A program made the position numbers and the translations under genes. 34,316 bases of DNA from Folioceros fuciformis. Taxonomy: Eukaryota. Below the pieces are notes generated by a model. The model did not search any database, was not told the origin of the DNA, and saw only the letters and a list, made by a program, of their open reading frames with translations. Positions 12,384 to 24,388 of the stretch are shown here, one piece after another. How positions within the stretch are numbered: position 1 is the first letter of the stretch; every line of letters begins with the position of its first letter. Location: positions 1-34,316 of the forward strand of contig JBNGIO010003618.1 of the NCBI GenBank assembly GCA_049999805.1, written 5' to 3'.

Positions 12384-13661
12384 GTGGAGGGTCTGTACAC
12401 GGGTCTACCACACCTCAGACCCTGTCCAACTGTATTCTAATTGCATTGTACACCTTCAATTTATAAAGTCGCTGCTGCGAGTTGAAATATCTCCGGAGCA
12501 TGAGAGATGTGTAGGAGTGTGTGACAAGCGGTATGTGATATGCCCGCACATTCAAAATTGCAACGCTAGTGAAATGACCCAAGAACTTTGTAACATGCAC
12601 TGGAGTAGAATCGACACTTAAACGATGGCAAGACACGAAGACACCCACGAGAGAATCTGTCCACATTACAATTGTGATCAGATCCTCTGATAATCTAATG
12701 CTAGTACGTGTGCGAACTGTGACTTCACCACTGCCACCTTCCACATGCATGCCCAAAAAGCTCACACTCTCATACACTGAGTGTATGCCATTGCAACCAA
12801 TATTTCGTGCAAAATACATACTCGTCCGTCTACCTACAACTGCAAGTCACCTGAATCTCATGCACAACACGTACTGTTTCTTCCCCCCGCCCGCGCCTGT
12901 TTTGGCATTCCGCTGCTAAGAAATACCTTACACTAGGAAAACCACAAGGCCATTAACCTGACCTGCCCACGACGAGGGATAGTGACCAGAAACTATACTC
13001 AAAGTGAGCAAGATATGTCCCATGCGACCTACGCACAACAAGCAAAACACGTCAGCCGGCATTCCGTGCCTACTCACAGCAAAAGTAAAAGAAAATGGCA
13101 TTGGAATTCGACACTACACTGGTGGCCAAGTACTCCTGGAAAGAAACGCAGACGTTCTACTGCTAGCAGGACAACGCTCTACCTGCCTTGAGGTCATCAA
13201 GGTTGTTCCTCTTGGTACTACCCCATGACATAGTGGCAAGGCATTGCAAATGCGATTTCTCAAAAGTGATGAGATCATTTTTCTGACTCTGCAAAATGCT
13301 TTCGCAAGCCTGCATCTGGATGCATCAGTTAAGATACAATACAATAGCTGTTGACTGCAAAGGTCGGCATCGTGGCAGCACCGTCTATCCACGGCAGAAA
13401 TGTACAACGTACATCTTAGTCCTCCTTGACCTGTTCAGAGCCCTTCAGGTGATGCCGTGGTCATAAGGACACCTCGACCAGAGCCCCCAGAAAATCTTGC
13501 TGTTCGCAGACGGCTGCAGGCCCAGCAGAAGGCTAGCACTTCAGTTTTCATGTTATATAGACATCATTTCAGTGTCTCTAAAGAACTGGACCATAAGCAT
13601 CACCTACTGCCGAAACTGGATTTATGTCACCCGTGCACCAACGAGGGAACCTCTTAGAATT

Positions 13662-16600
13662 TCACATCATCGCCTTTTCTCGGTCCTTCTTCTCCCTCTC
13701 CTCCAGATCTGCTTGTGATAGAAGTGTCGTTCTGGTGGTCTTCTCGAGAGGTTGAGCCATACGCCGTAAAAACTAATGGACAAAGAAGAGCAGTCAGAGA
13801 CAAACTGTTTGAGACAATCATGGAACTTGATGGTTAGTGATAATAATGACTAACTTACCTCCCGTGCGATGTGCAGCGACATATCAGTGCTCAGATTCAG
13901 GTGTGCATCTCGCAATTGTGACAAAATCCAAGAAGGGAGCTTGGACCTCTTGTCATGTCGATTATAACTGCAGGACAGGAAAGTATCTCAATCTCACACA
14001 TAAGAAAGGCAGATCCTGAGATCGTCACAAAGCCAGATAGCAGTCAGACAAACTTACCGTTTGTCCGCAAAAATCATCATTCCATAGTCTGACTTTGAGC
14101 GGATAACACGTCCAACACATTGCGCAGCCTGTCTCTGATGCAACGACCAGAGAAGTTATTGTGAAAGAAACAACTCACAGATACGTAGCATAAGCACAAT
14201 GTTGAAAGAAAGGACGGAGAGACAGTTGAACAGTACCACAGCATCAAATGTGAGGAAATCATTTTCTTTGATCTGAAATGTCTCTCTCAAATAGTCTAAC
14301 CGTGCTTTCAGGATTCTGCAAGTACCCAAGGGATACCGTGATGCTCAGCAAAAGCAAACAGGACTGCATTTGTGCACCTCTCAATACTGACATGACATAC
14401 AGCTGGGACCACGGGACTCAGTGGCAAACAATCTGTCATTTCTTTACCTGCTCAAAGTATACTGAAAGGGCACACCATACATGATCACAAGACGGCCATA
14501 GTGTCTATCAAAATCGATTCCTTCTGCTACTTTGCCCCTGCAACATGCCAGATATAACCTCAAACATTACGACATAAAACGTTGATTACACACTGAAAGA
14601 AAAACGTTAAGCCAAAGCAACGGCAAACCTGGCAACAGAGAAGAACACAGCTCCTCGTCCAGAGTCACAAGCTCTACGATAATTGTCCAGAGCCAAAGTT
14701 GTCTCAACCACGTCCTGTGTCTCGATGAATACCAGCTTGTGCTGCATCACATCCTGCAGCAGATCATTGAAATGCACTTTGATGAGATACCCCCATTCTA
14801 ATACTTTGGCGGACAACTCAGCCCTCAGTACTCTGTACCCGCAAGATGCCCATCTCGTTCCAGCTGTTTACAATTCCATCCATGTAGGAATAACTGACAA
14901 AGAAGCACACAACTCCATCCGGCACTGCTGCGACCATCTCAAGCAGAAGCCGCCCATAGTTTCTCACAACCCCAGGGTCACTTCGCATGTCAAACTTCGT
15001 GCTCACTGGCAACTGGTCACTGTGATGAAAAAAAAAAAAAACAAATTGAAGAATTATTGGAACAATAATTCAAGCTTGCTGTAGCTCCAGCAACGCACAA
15101 GAGCAGGGGCCATACGAACTGACCTGCCCCGTGTGAGAACCATGGGACACAAGCAGTCCCTAGTAAGGGTCATCTGGAAACTTTTGATAATGACAGGGTG
15201 GAAATTGAGAAGCCGTGGATATAAATCAATGGGACTGAGTGTTCCAGATGTTATGACCACGCTCTGAAACCTTTCAAAAACAGGCTTGATAGCCAGGGAC
15301 GCATCCAAACAGCTGAGCTGCATACCCACAGGCGGACAGAGTCAGAGATTAGACGATGTGCAAAGTATATGTCGGGAACTCTAGGAAAGAAACAAGAAAC
15401 ACGTTTCTCTGGAAATTACCTGCAAAATAGGATCAGGGATATGTGGCATCCGAGAGTCATATGGCTCTATGATAATTGAGAAACCCCTGGAATACGTTCC
15501 CACCAATGTTGCAAAATCACAAACAGTTTGAATGTGAAGAAATTCGTCCGTGTCTGTGACTTCCAGAGTCAACATCAGAGAATGCAGCCGATCATAGCAG
15601 AACTTTAATGCCTTTGGATCTATTGCCACATCCTTGTTCAGCGAAGCAATGAAGGAGATAGGCCCTTCAGTTTCCACTTGAGAAGTTTGAAGACGACCTC
15701 TTAGATACTGAACGAGTCTCTTTAGAAAGGCCACAAAATGCTCGGCACGCCGAATGTTTCCAGGTACTGCTTCCCGAAGAATATCCTCCGGCAAAACTGG
15801 GTTGGCTAGCCACGCATCATTAGCTGGAGAAGAAATCAGCAAAATGCCAGGTCAGTAGCCGGTGACCATGCGCAGAAAGGATGCTCAGCCTGACTTTGTT
15901 GGTTGATGTCTACCTCGCAAGTTACCCTGCTGTGCAAGTCCGTTCACAAGCCTATTATATTCGTCACGCAACCTTTTCTCATCAGTTTGCTTAAACCTTC
16001 ATCCACAAAAAGAATCCAGGCGTCACGTTAGCAGTGGTGTTCTACTCCAAAATGACGTTAAGGAAGTGATGAAGTGTGCAGGTTCATGTCATACGAGTCA
16101 CTCCAATCCAATTGGTTCAGCAACCTTAGAGCAAGGCTCACAGGACCAGAAGAAATAGATGAGACATGATCTGGTGCACACCTATCTATGATCTGAGAAA
16201 CTCTGGCCAAATTTCGAGTAGCCCCCTCCAAAGTCTGCTGACGAATATTCACACTCAGAGATTCTATGCACACGTTGTCGATGTTGTGAGCTTCGTCGAA
16301 CACGACTACGCATTCCTTCTCCATCTCTTTCGATATGATTCCAGAGACCTTAGGGTCAAGCAAGTACTGATAGTTGTACACCACCACATTAGCAAATTGG
16401 ATCATATGGCGAGCAAGAAAGTAGGGACACCACCCTTTTTCTCTGCCGAACGCCCTCAAGTCATGGAGCGTATACACGCCAGGAGGAAGCAGCGCATCGG
16501 CTCCCTTCTTCTCATAGGCTTCGAAAAAACCACAGGATTCGATGTCAGGCGCCTCCACCGCCTGTGCTCTCACCCACGATGCCGTAAGCTTCCTGCACCC

Positions 16601-16993
16601 AGCATCCACGCTTTCTCTGGATCCTTCTGCGCTTACAGTGGGATGAATGCAAAGATTTTTCCTAGAACTCAACCCTAAGGCTAAAATTCGGGCCACCTTG
16701 CCCAGCTCCTTTTCCTGGTATGCCAGCAGCCGTTTCAACTCCTCCAGCACCTTCTCCATTTCGTGAACAGTTCGAGTGCAGTATATGAGCTTCCCAACGG
16801 GCTTCCCAGCTAGCTGGTAGCTGGTGATGAGCGACAGCAGAGTGATCGTCTTCCCTGTCCCGGTGGGCATTTCAAGAAGGCAATGGCCCTGGGCATCCAG
16901 CGCATGCTTCAGTTCAACCATGTAGTCATACTGCTCAGGGTAGATGAACTCGTAGGGGAAGTAGACCGTCAGATCCTCCAAATTGAACTTCAT
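13662..16993 (-). CDS. XPD: TFIIH DNA helicase XPD/RAD3 (UVH6); 11 exons: 16993-16182, 15996-15914, 15823-15420, 15317-15124, 15019-14839, 14753-14629, 14537-14448, 14315-14237, 14134-14058, 13967-13859, 13772-13662 (754 aa)
   Basis: [14 protein letters not shown] start, Walker [10 protein letters not shown], Fe-S region [10 protein letters not shown]...WCPYF, DEAH (FDEAHNIDN), [18 protein letters not shown] and [10 protein letters not shown]. All splice phases add up to an intact frame. Confidence 0.97.
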
Positions 16994-18229
16994 CCTTGCT
17001 GTGCTCGAAAATTTTGAGCTATCCTTTGGCTCGGAGGGCAGAGCAAGCTGATGGGTTGCGTAGCTGCCAGCAACAGCAGCGCCCAAAAGGACAGATTCAA
17101 CTGCCTGCCTACCTACCGGACAATCGAAAGTTTCTCAGTCGAGTCACAGATCCCGGCCCAAGTTTATCCAGAGTACCTACCGGAAAGCGAATGACAATCG
17201 GAGCCGATCGTTTAGCGTCCATTCGCCGGGAAGTTATCTTCTTTGAAAGGAACAATGTTAGCTTGTACCGAGCTTGAGCGTTTTTTCAGGGGGTTAGGTA
17301 CTACTATAAAAATAATTATTAATTATTAATATTTCACTATAAGCAAGATCGGTGATTAAGTATCCTTGCAAGTTACTAAGCACACCATGTTGGATACGAA
17401 TCTTTCCATGGCTGCTTAGCAAACTCAACAAAGTGCTGTGAAGTCCACAACCTTACTATGCTTAATGCTTACCCTCAAAACGTTTTCATTCTTGAATATA
17501 GTTTTTTCTCTCTGACCAAGGGTGACTGGACTGGGAGGGAAAATAGTGGAAATTAAATACTTTATTAAAGATCATATGGAAAACACGGAAAACTAGAAGC
17601 TGAACGGTAGAGCCAATTAAAACACGCAAGTATGCCTGCCTGGTGGTTAGGGTTGTAATTGGACGATCACCCACACACACAGTAAATGTACGTATGTATA
17701 GGCAGAGCAGGACAGAGCACGACAGGGCTTGGAAGGAACGTTGCTATTGGGCGGGATGGTCCAATCGGAAACGAGAACTCGATTGGCAGGGACGAAAAAG
17801 CTACAACCTGGCAGCACGTCGTGCGCTGTGTCCAGGAATAGGTGCCATATTTTACATGAACATGTGTATGATAGAAAAATGGTGGGTGCTGATAATACCC
17901 TGGTAGGCGATCTGGAGGAAATGCGTTGACTGAGCAATGCCAATCCATGGGCCTCTGGGTAACTACGTGGTGGCACAGGGAACAATCAGGGTGTGAGTAG
18001 TGAGATTCGGAGAAGAATGTACGCAGCGAGCTCCGACAGGCTGGGAAGAGCACAAACACACATGGATCGAGGCCATCAGGAATCCAGCATGCGGACCAAT
18101 ACCAGCGATACTGTCCTTACAAACTCCGGGACAAGGGAAGAATAATTTGTAAAGAGTTTCTTTCACAAGCATGGTGATCAACAATCGAAAGACATGCCTG
18201 CCTCGTCGCAGCTCCGATGCGGGCTTCAT

Positions 18230-19625
18230 TCATCCCAGCATGGTGAACCGGCGGGGAGTAGGCGGCGGTGAGAAGGGGGGGGGGGAAAGGGCAAGAGCTG
18301 GACGTGGAAGTAGTGCTGGTGCAAGGCAGGCACCGTTAGCAAAGAATATGATCACCGCAAAAATAATGTTCCCATGCTTGGTAGCCATGAGTTCTGCAGA
18401 GCGAGTTCCTTTCCTACTCACCTAATCTTGCCTGGATGACTTGCACAATACCATCAGAATTGGCAGCCACCAAGGAGTAGTGGTCATGCTGCTGCTTCCA
18501 GCAAACGGCAGCAACGAAGGAGTCGGTGCTGGGGTCACTCACACCGGGATCGTACCTTGGATTATTGGCAAACTGACATCTCCACAGAGGTTGCACCGCG
18601 CTGCTTTCGTATACAAATACGTCGTTGGTCTCAGAGCCGCAGGCCAGCAGCCCGACGTCCGCCAGCACGGACAGCCCGACGAAGTTCCTGGAGTTGGAAT
18701 GGGAGTCGAAAGTGCGGACGAGCCTGGCATTAGGCTGCTCTCCAGCGTTGCCGAGATGCGTGCTCCCCCAGGAGATCGTAGAAATATCCCAGAGCTTGAT
18801 GGTGCTGTCGATGGAGGCCGACACCAGGCTGTCCTTGCCCATGAAGCGCACATAGCTGGCGGCCCTGTCGTGCTGGCCTACCACAAGCAGGGCAGCCTGC
18901 AAGTTCCGCAAGTCGTAGAGGTAAATGTTGCCGTCGGCGCAGGCCACGGCGAGAAGCTCGGGGGAGGCGACACTGAACTCCGCACTGCACATGGTTCTGC
19001 CGCGCGGGGAGCGGATGGCCCCCACGCTCATGTCCGACCCCCTGCTCCAGAGCCTGACCGTGCCATCCCCCCCGGCGGAGGCCGAGTCGAAGCAGGAGTT
19101 GGTACTGTAGTCCAGACTCCAGACGGACATCCCCCCGTGCTCGTGCCGCTCCGTGACGCTCACCCCGGTCTCCACGTTCCATTCCCACACCACTCCGTCG
19201 TAGTCCCCGCAGCCTAGCAGCTCGCCCGCCCGCGGGACCCACTTGACGCTGCTGAGCTTGGCCGGCGTGCAAAGCATGGCCACGGAGCTGGCTTCGTGGT
19301 CCAGGGACTTGATGTTGTAGCCTCGGCTGCGCTTGCTACTCCTGTGGCAGTCCTCCCCGTCGTCATCCTCGTCTTCTTCCTGGTGCCCGGCCCCGTCCGC
19401 CTGTGCCTGGCTCCGGTTGGTGAGCGCCTGGTAGGAGCACACCCGGATCTTCCTAGCAATGCCCCCTGTTGCGAAAAATTCCCCGGACTCGTTGAAGTCG
19501 ATCGCGCTAATAACATCGGACGCCAGTAGCCCGTCTACACGGCAGCTTAGGGAAGCCACGGTTGCGATTCCCAGGGAAGCGGGTAGCGGTAAGAGCCTCG
19601 AATGGTCACCAGGCTCATCCCTCAT
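18230..19625 (-). CDS. RUP: RUP1/RUP2-like WD40 protein (REPRESSOR OF UV-B PHOTOMORPHOGENESIS); ATG at 19625; exons 19625-18422 and 18315-18230 (429 aa), or unspliced stop at 18414 (403 aa)
   Basis: COP1/SPA-type WD40 propeller with no RING, coiled-coil or kinase domain. RUP-typical FATGGIARKIRV, CTPAKLSSVKW, LGCGDYDGVV, ERHEHGG, SVWSLDYS, HSNSRNFVGLSV, LLACGSETNDVFVY, FVAAVCWKQ. The ORF-track start at 19742 is GTG. Confidence 0.9.
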
Positions 19626-19678
19626 GACAAGCGCAGCACCATGCTTCTCGATTTGTTGTTCCTGCCAGATGATGCCAT
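19622..19678 (-). promoter_or_regulatory. Upstream ORF (MASSGRNNKSRSMVLRLS*) whose TGA overlaps the RUP ATG (ATGA)
   Basis: Minus strand reads ATG GCA TCA TCT GGC AGG AAC AAC AAA TCG AGA AGC ATG GTG CTG CGC TTG TCA TGA; the RUP ATG occupies 19625-19623. Confidence 0.55.
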
Positions 19679-19826
19679 TCCGTGCTACTCCAGAGTGAGC
19701 CACCAAAAGGTAGAGGCAGGGGCAGAGCCAAGGCGAATGCACTAGTACTAGTACTCCAAACAGCTACAGCACACTGTCGCTGCCAGTGCCGAGCACTCGC
19801 AAGCTCAGCAAAGCTTAACAAACAAG

Positions 19827-20787
19827 CCGACTCGGACTCGGACTCGGATTCGGATTTGCACACACCAGATCCGCCGCCGCTGCCGATGCTGCCGCTGGCG
19901 CTGGCGCTAGCAGGAGCGTGAAGCAAATTTGTGTGTCGCTACCTCCTCATGCTGCTGCCTGCCTTCCTTGAGTGCGCTGCAGCAACGGCAACGGCAACAG
20001 CAACAGCATGTGCCGCAATGCGGGTGGGGCAAGTACGAGTGTAACGCAGCTGTCCTCCACAGGCAGAGGCGCCGGGACGGAATTAGCTGGCCGCTGGTCT
20101 CGGGGCACGCGCTCACCGGCCGCACGGCCAAGAAGAAGAAGAAGAAGAAGACGCAGGACGGGGGAGGAGGAGAAAGGGTGGCTCACTGTAGCAGAGCGCA
20201 AGAGGCCGAGCTCGTGACTGGCCGGCAGTGCCAGAAGGGCTCAACGGAGTGGTGAGGTGTGGAGAGGAGACTGAAGAACAGAGGAAGAGAGCGTGGCAGA
20301 GAGGGCAGCACCGCATAGTCTAATGGATCTAGTGGTGCGCACTGGCAGCAGCAGAGCAGCACACACAGCGGAGAGCGTGGGAGAGAAGGGGAGGAGGGAT
20401 CCACGCAAACACTGCGGGCTGCTACCACTGGTACCAACCGCAACTGTGGCAGCAGCAGCAGCAGCTTCACCGTCTTCTGCTAATGCTGCTGCTGGGCTGC
20501 GGGCAATAGGCAATAAATTCTCCACGTACTCAGGGGTCAGGCCAGGTCAGGTCAGGTCAGGTCAGCTGAGCTCAGCTCTCACAGCTCTTCTCCTCTCTGA
20601 TCTGCTCTCTCATCTGCACGCAGAGATGTGCCGGGCCAGGCTGGGCCGAGACGAGACGAGACGAGACGAGACGAGACGAGACGAGGCGGGTCGCAAGGAT
20701 CAGGCCGGGCAGAGCAGGCAGAAAGCAAAAGCTTCCTTCCCAATGTCCAAAGCAGGAATCAGCAGCAGCCCAGCCCAGCCCAGCCCA
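19827..20787. repeat. Cluster of microsatellites upstream of RUP: (CGGACT)n near 19830, (AAG)7 20130-20150, (GCA)n near 20450, (GGTCA)n 20535-20564, (CGAGA)7 20647-20681, (GCCCA)4 20768-20787
   Basis: Directly visible simple repeats. Confidence 0.9.
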
Positions 20788-22020
20788 GCTGAAGGCCGAC
20801 GCGGAGGAACCCGAGCCCAAACGGCGAAACCCCGGGAGAGCTGGGCGCAAATCGGGCGTCATGACGCCGCCGCACAAGGACGCGAGGAAGAGCAACTGCC
20901 ACGCTCAGCCCACTGCGCTTAGCCACGTCGCCCCGACCGCAAACAAACATGTTGCTCGCTCATCGCCTCGCCTTTCCTGTGTGTAAAACACTCACAGTAC
21001 ACTGCACTGCGGTGTAATTCCCGGGCGGGGCCGGGCCGGGCGGGACGGGGTACCTAAACCCGCCCATTGGCCCTTGTACGTTGGGAAGCGTCAACGCCCG
21101 CACAAACAAGTTTTGAAAGTTTTCCGCCATGGGCCCTCTGGCTGGCTTACCCAATAAAACCGGCTGCTGCTCCGGCACCCGGGGCACTCATCAGCTCTCG
21201 TGGCGAACCCTTCTTCCACTGCTTTTTTCTAAACCTGCTTATCAGTCTTGAAGAGCTCCCACTCCCTCAGAGACAGGGTTCTTCAAAATATCATGCTCCC
21301 ATCCCAACAACTATAAATGAATTACTTGTCTGTCTTGTGCTGCTTTAAAAAAATTATATCACCCAGCCGTACAGCACAAGTTTTCTTTCCTCCCTCCCCC
21401 ATACACTTTGCCCACACGGCCCTCCCGGACTCCGACCCGACACAACATTGCAGTGCGCTGCTGTGTCGGGTAGCGGCCGGTTTGACGTGGCCATTATCCG
21501 CTTCCTGGGTTCTCGCGCGCTCAAAGCGGCAGTGGCCACATTGCCAGCACTCCGTAGCCGCTGGCTTCTTTGCCTCCTTCGCCTTCCGGGCCCGCGGGCT
21601 TCCTGCTTTCTTCTGTGCAGACGTTATCCACATGTTCCGCTCATGGTACCGGAGTACAGTACGTGGTCCGTCCTGCGACTCTCCTCTCCCATAATGTATG
21701 TATGTACATGCCGCCAAATCCCCTCCCTGCTCCGTCGCTCCAGGACACAAGCAGACGGGTACGATGGGCGAAGTGACAACGGGGCCCGGAGAGCCGGAGA
21801 GCCGGAGGGCCGGAGGAAAGTGAACGGAAGCTAACCAAAGACGGACAGGACAGGCCACGGCACGCCATGGCAGTCCGTAGCCGACCACATGCCCCACAAC
21901 AAACACGCTACACAGCGATTATAGACGAACATCGTGTGTAGCCTTCGTTGCGTTGCGGACGTTGCCTCTACCGTCCACCCTCCGCCCTCCCACTCTTCAT
22001 CATCCTCGCCATCTTCAGCA

Positions 22021-24388
22021 TCAGGCGGTGTCAGACTGCGTCCAGCCATAGGTTCGAGTGATGCGAATCTGCGCACAGTAGGCACACGCGACGGACTTAC
22101 ACAACTCACAAACCGGTCCGTCGGGGGCTTGCGGCACCACGTATCATACACACACGAAACGCATCAGCAGGGTTTTTTTACCTGAGCGAAGGCGAAGATG
22201 GCTCGGATCACTCTCGCGTAGTCAGTTCCCACCGACCTTATCGCCATGTCGGCCAAGAACGTGCCCCACAACCTGCGCCCAGCCCGAGGAGCACTGTAAC
22301 AAGGTTAGGGGGGGGTGTAGGGTGGGAAAGGATCAGGTTACAGCGCATGCACGGTGTCCGGCGGAGGCACGCACAGGGGCCCCAGGAGCATCATCGTGCT
22401 GCGCAAGGTGAAATATCTGGCTGTTGCCCCCGCAAGTCCCTGCACCATGGCGGATCAGCACTCAAGGTCTTTGGCACGCGCATGACGCAGAATAGCATCT
22501 ACCAGCTGCATGGCTCCACATCCCTGTCTGTCACCTACTTGTCTTGCAGCGAGCACCGCGACGTGGCCCTCGAGCTTCGCCGCGATGGCTTGCCCTCCCT
22601 TCACATCACCAGCCAACAGTGTTTTTTTTGGGTAGAGCACACCATAGCAAGCAGGCAGGCAGGCAGGCAACACATTCCAAAATCGTGCCATACGGCAATA
22701 CCTTCACCAGCGCATCTTTTGCGAGCCGATACCTCACGGACTCCACCAACACTTTCCCTGAAAGCTCCTTGGACACCTACTACCACGGCACACGGTTTGA
22801 GAAACATGCGAATCAGCGGCAGCAAAGGAATGGCTTCCGCTCATGGCTCAACCAGAAAAGCACTCACCACAGCCTGCAGGGTGGACATGGTCACGGCACT
22901 CCCTCCCTGCACTACACCTTGGTTACTACCAGTCACACCAACCAACCAACCAGACGGTGGGACGGCCACCATCTGCTGCAGATACACCCTTCGTCTCCCA
23001 GAGCACCGACCATAGCGCACAAAAGCGAGCACCAACCTTCAACATCATGGTCAACAGCTCCTCGCCTCCCAGCTTCAAAGCTGTGAAAATGTTGCCATTC
23101 CATCTCCTCGTTTGGAAATCATCGAAGTCGTTTGCATACGAGGATTGATACATCTTCCTCACAAATTGTGACTTTCGCTTTGGCCTGCTTCCAAGAACCG
23201 CTTTGTTCCGTATCAGTCCACACATCCGGTACAAAGGCAGTAGGGCAACGGGAATCCCACACACACGAGACATGGCACCTCGAGTATTCGTTGAGTAAGT
23301 GAAGGAAGATCTCAGCCTCCAAATCCTCAGTCGAAAGCTTCACAGGACAAGGGACTTGCAACTTCTTCCTCACAGAGAGCAACACGTCCCGGTAACGAGG
23401 ACGTCGACCACTGCAGGAGGGAGGTGAACTCAAACTCGTCACCAACTGGAGATGGGCCATTTATTCCCTGACAGTATCTGAAGCCAGCCAGGGGTGGGAG
23501 CCAAGGACCACAAACCTCAGCGTGGCCTTGGCATCTGCTGCTAGAAACAAAAACCGTGACTCCAGCCGTTCAATTACAGCCAGCCGTCCCCCATACTCTG
23601 CTTCCCTCAGAGTATCTCGGATGTCACTACCATCCCACCCATCTCCAGGGGCCACGGACTTCACCAGAGGGCTTAGCAAACTGCAACCAATGAGAAACAC
23701 AATCAAGGACTTCTGCTCCAAAGACAGAACATGCTGCCACACCAGCATGGCACCACTCACTCACCTTGTACCATACAGGATGTTAGAAAGCTCTTGCAGC
23801 TCACTATCGCTGGCCAGCTCCATAACCCCATGCAGCTCGGGGTCAAACGCAGCTGCAAATAACACAAACCAGCAGGCATGAGCCAACTCCCAGATTCTCC
23901 CCAAATCACAACCACAAAAAAACCACAATTCCACTACCATAAGTCACATGACTGCCGGAGAAACCCCTAAAAGTTCTTCCCCACCTCGAAGGCCTAGGCC
24001 TAGCGGGAGCCCCATACCAGAGAGAATACATCCGTGAACGTGCTCTGCCTTGGCTGCCCCAAAAGTAACACAACATCATACACGACATCGGAACCTAAAG
24101 CAGCAGCCACAAAAGTGTATGCTGCAGCACGTTAGCGAAAGATGCTGCATCCGGACCCCAAACCGCTGCTCCACACGCCACACCGAGTCAACAGTCAGCA
24201 CATCTCACCACGGAATGGCCTCCCTGCTGCGAGCTCCCCACAAATGCACGATTCCCAAATGCGCTGGGAGAATTCCACACCCGACGTTGCCCCACCACAG
24301 GCCCGGTATCCATGGACGCCCGACTCCCCTCCCCCCACACCAGCCGCGAGCAGGATGCCACCGGGTGGTGCGGCCCAGCAGTCACCAT
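22021..24388 (-). CDS. Uncharacterised multi-exon protein resembling the cyanobacterial YaaW family and Arabidopsis At1g73470; start at 24388 is tentative
   Basis: Spliced fragments AFDPELHGVMELASDSELQELSNILYG, ESRFLFLAADAKATLR, YRDVLLSVRKKL, LSTEDLEAEIFLHLL, LWGTFLADMAIRSVGTDYARVIRAIFAFAQ and IRITRTYG (stop 22021-22023). Family recognised from recalled motifs, not from a database search. Confidence 0.8.

Noticed and set aside
16994-17086. N-terminal extension of XPD in the ORF track
   Set aside because: Non-ATG start; the conserved XPD N-terminus begins at MKF (16993)
18230-18388. Apparent secreted peptide MATKHGNIIFAVIIFFANGACLA plus SPPP motifs right after RUP
   Set aside because: The signal-like segment coincides with a canonical intron (GTGAGT...CTAAC...CAG); it is better explained as the RUP intron plus last exon
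19404-19414. TGCCTGGCTCC match to the 5' half of miR160
   Set aside because: Only 11 nt match and the remainder is non-complementary; probably chance
18414-19742. COP1 or SPA identity for the WD40 gene
   Set aside because: No RING, coiled-coil or kinase exons upstream, and the motifs match RUP
22347-23086. 222-aa and 180-aa plus-strand ORFs
   Set aside because: Antisense to exons and introns of the YaaW-like gene, with no protein-like motifs
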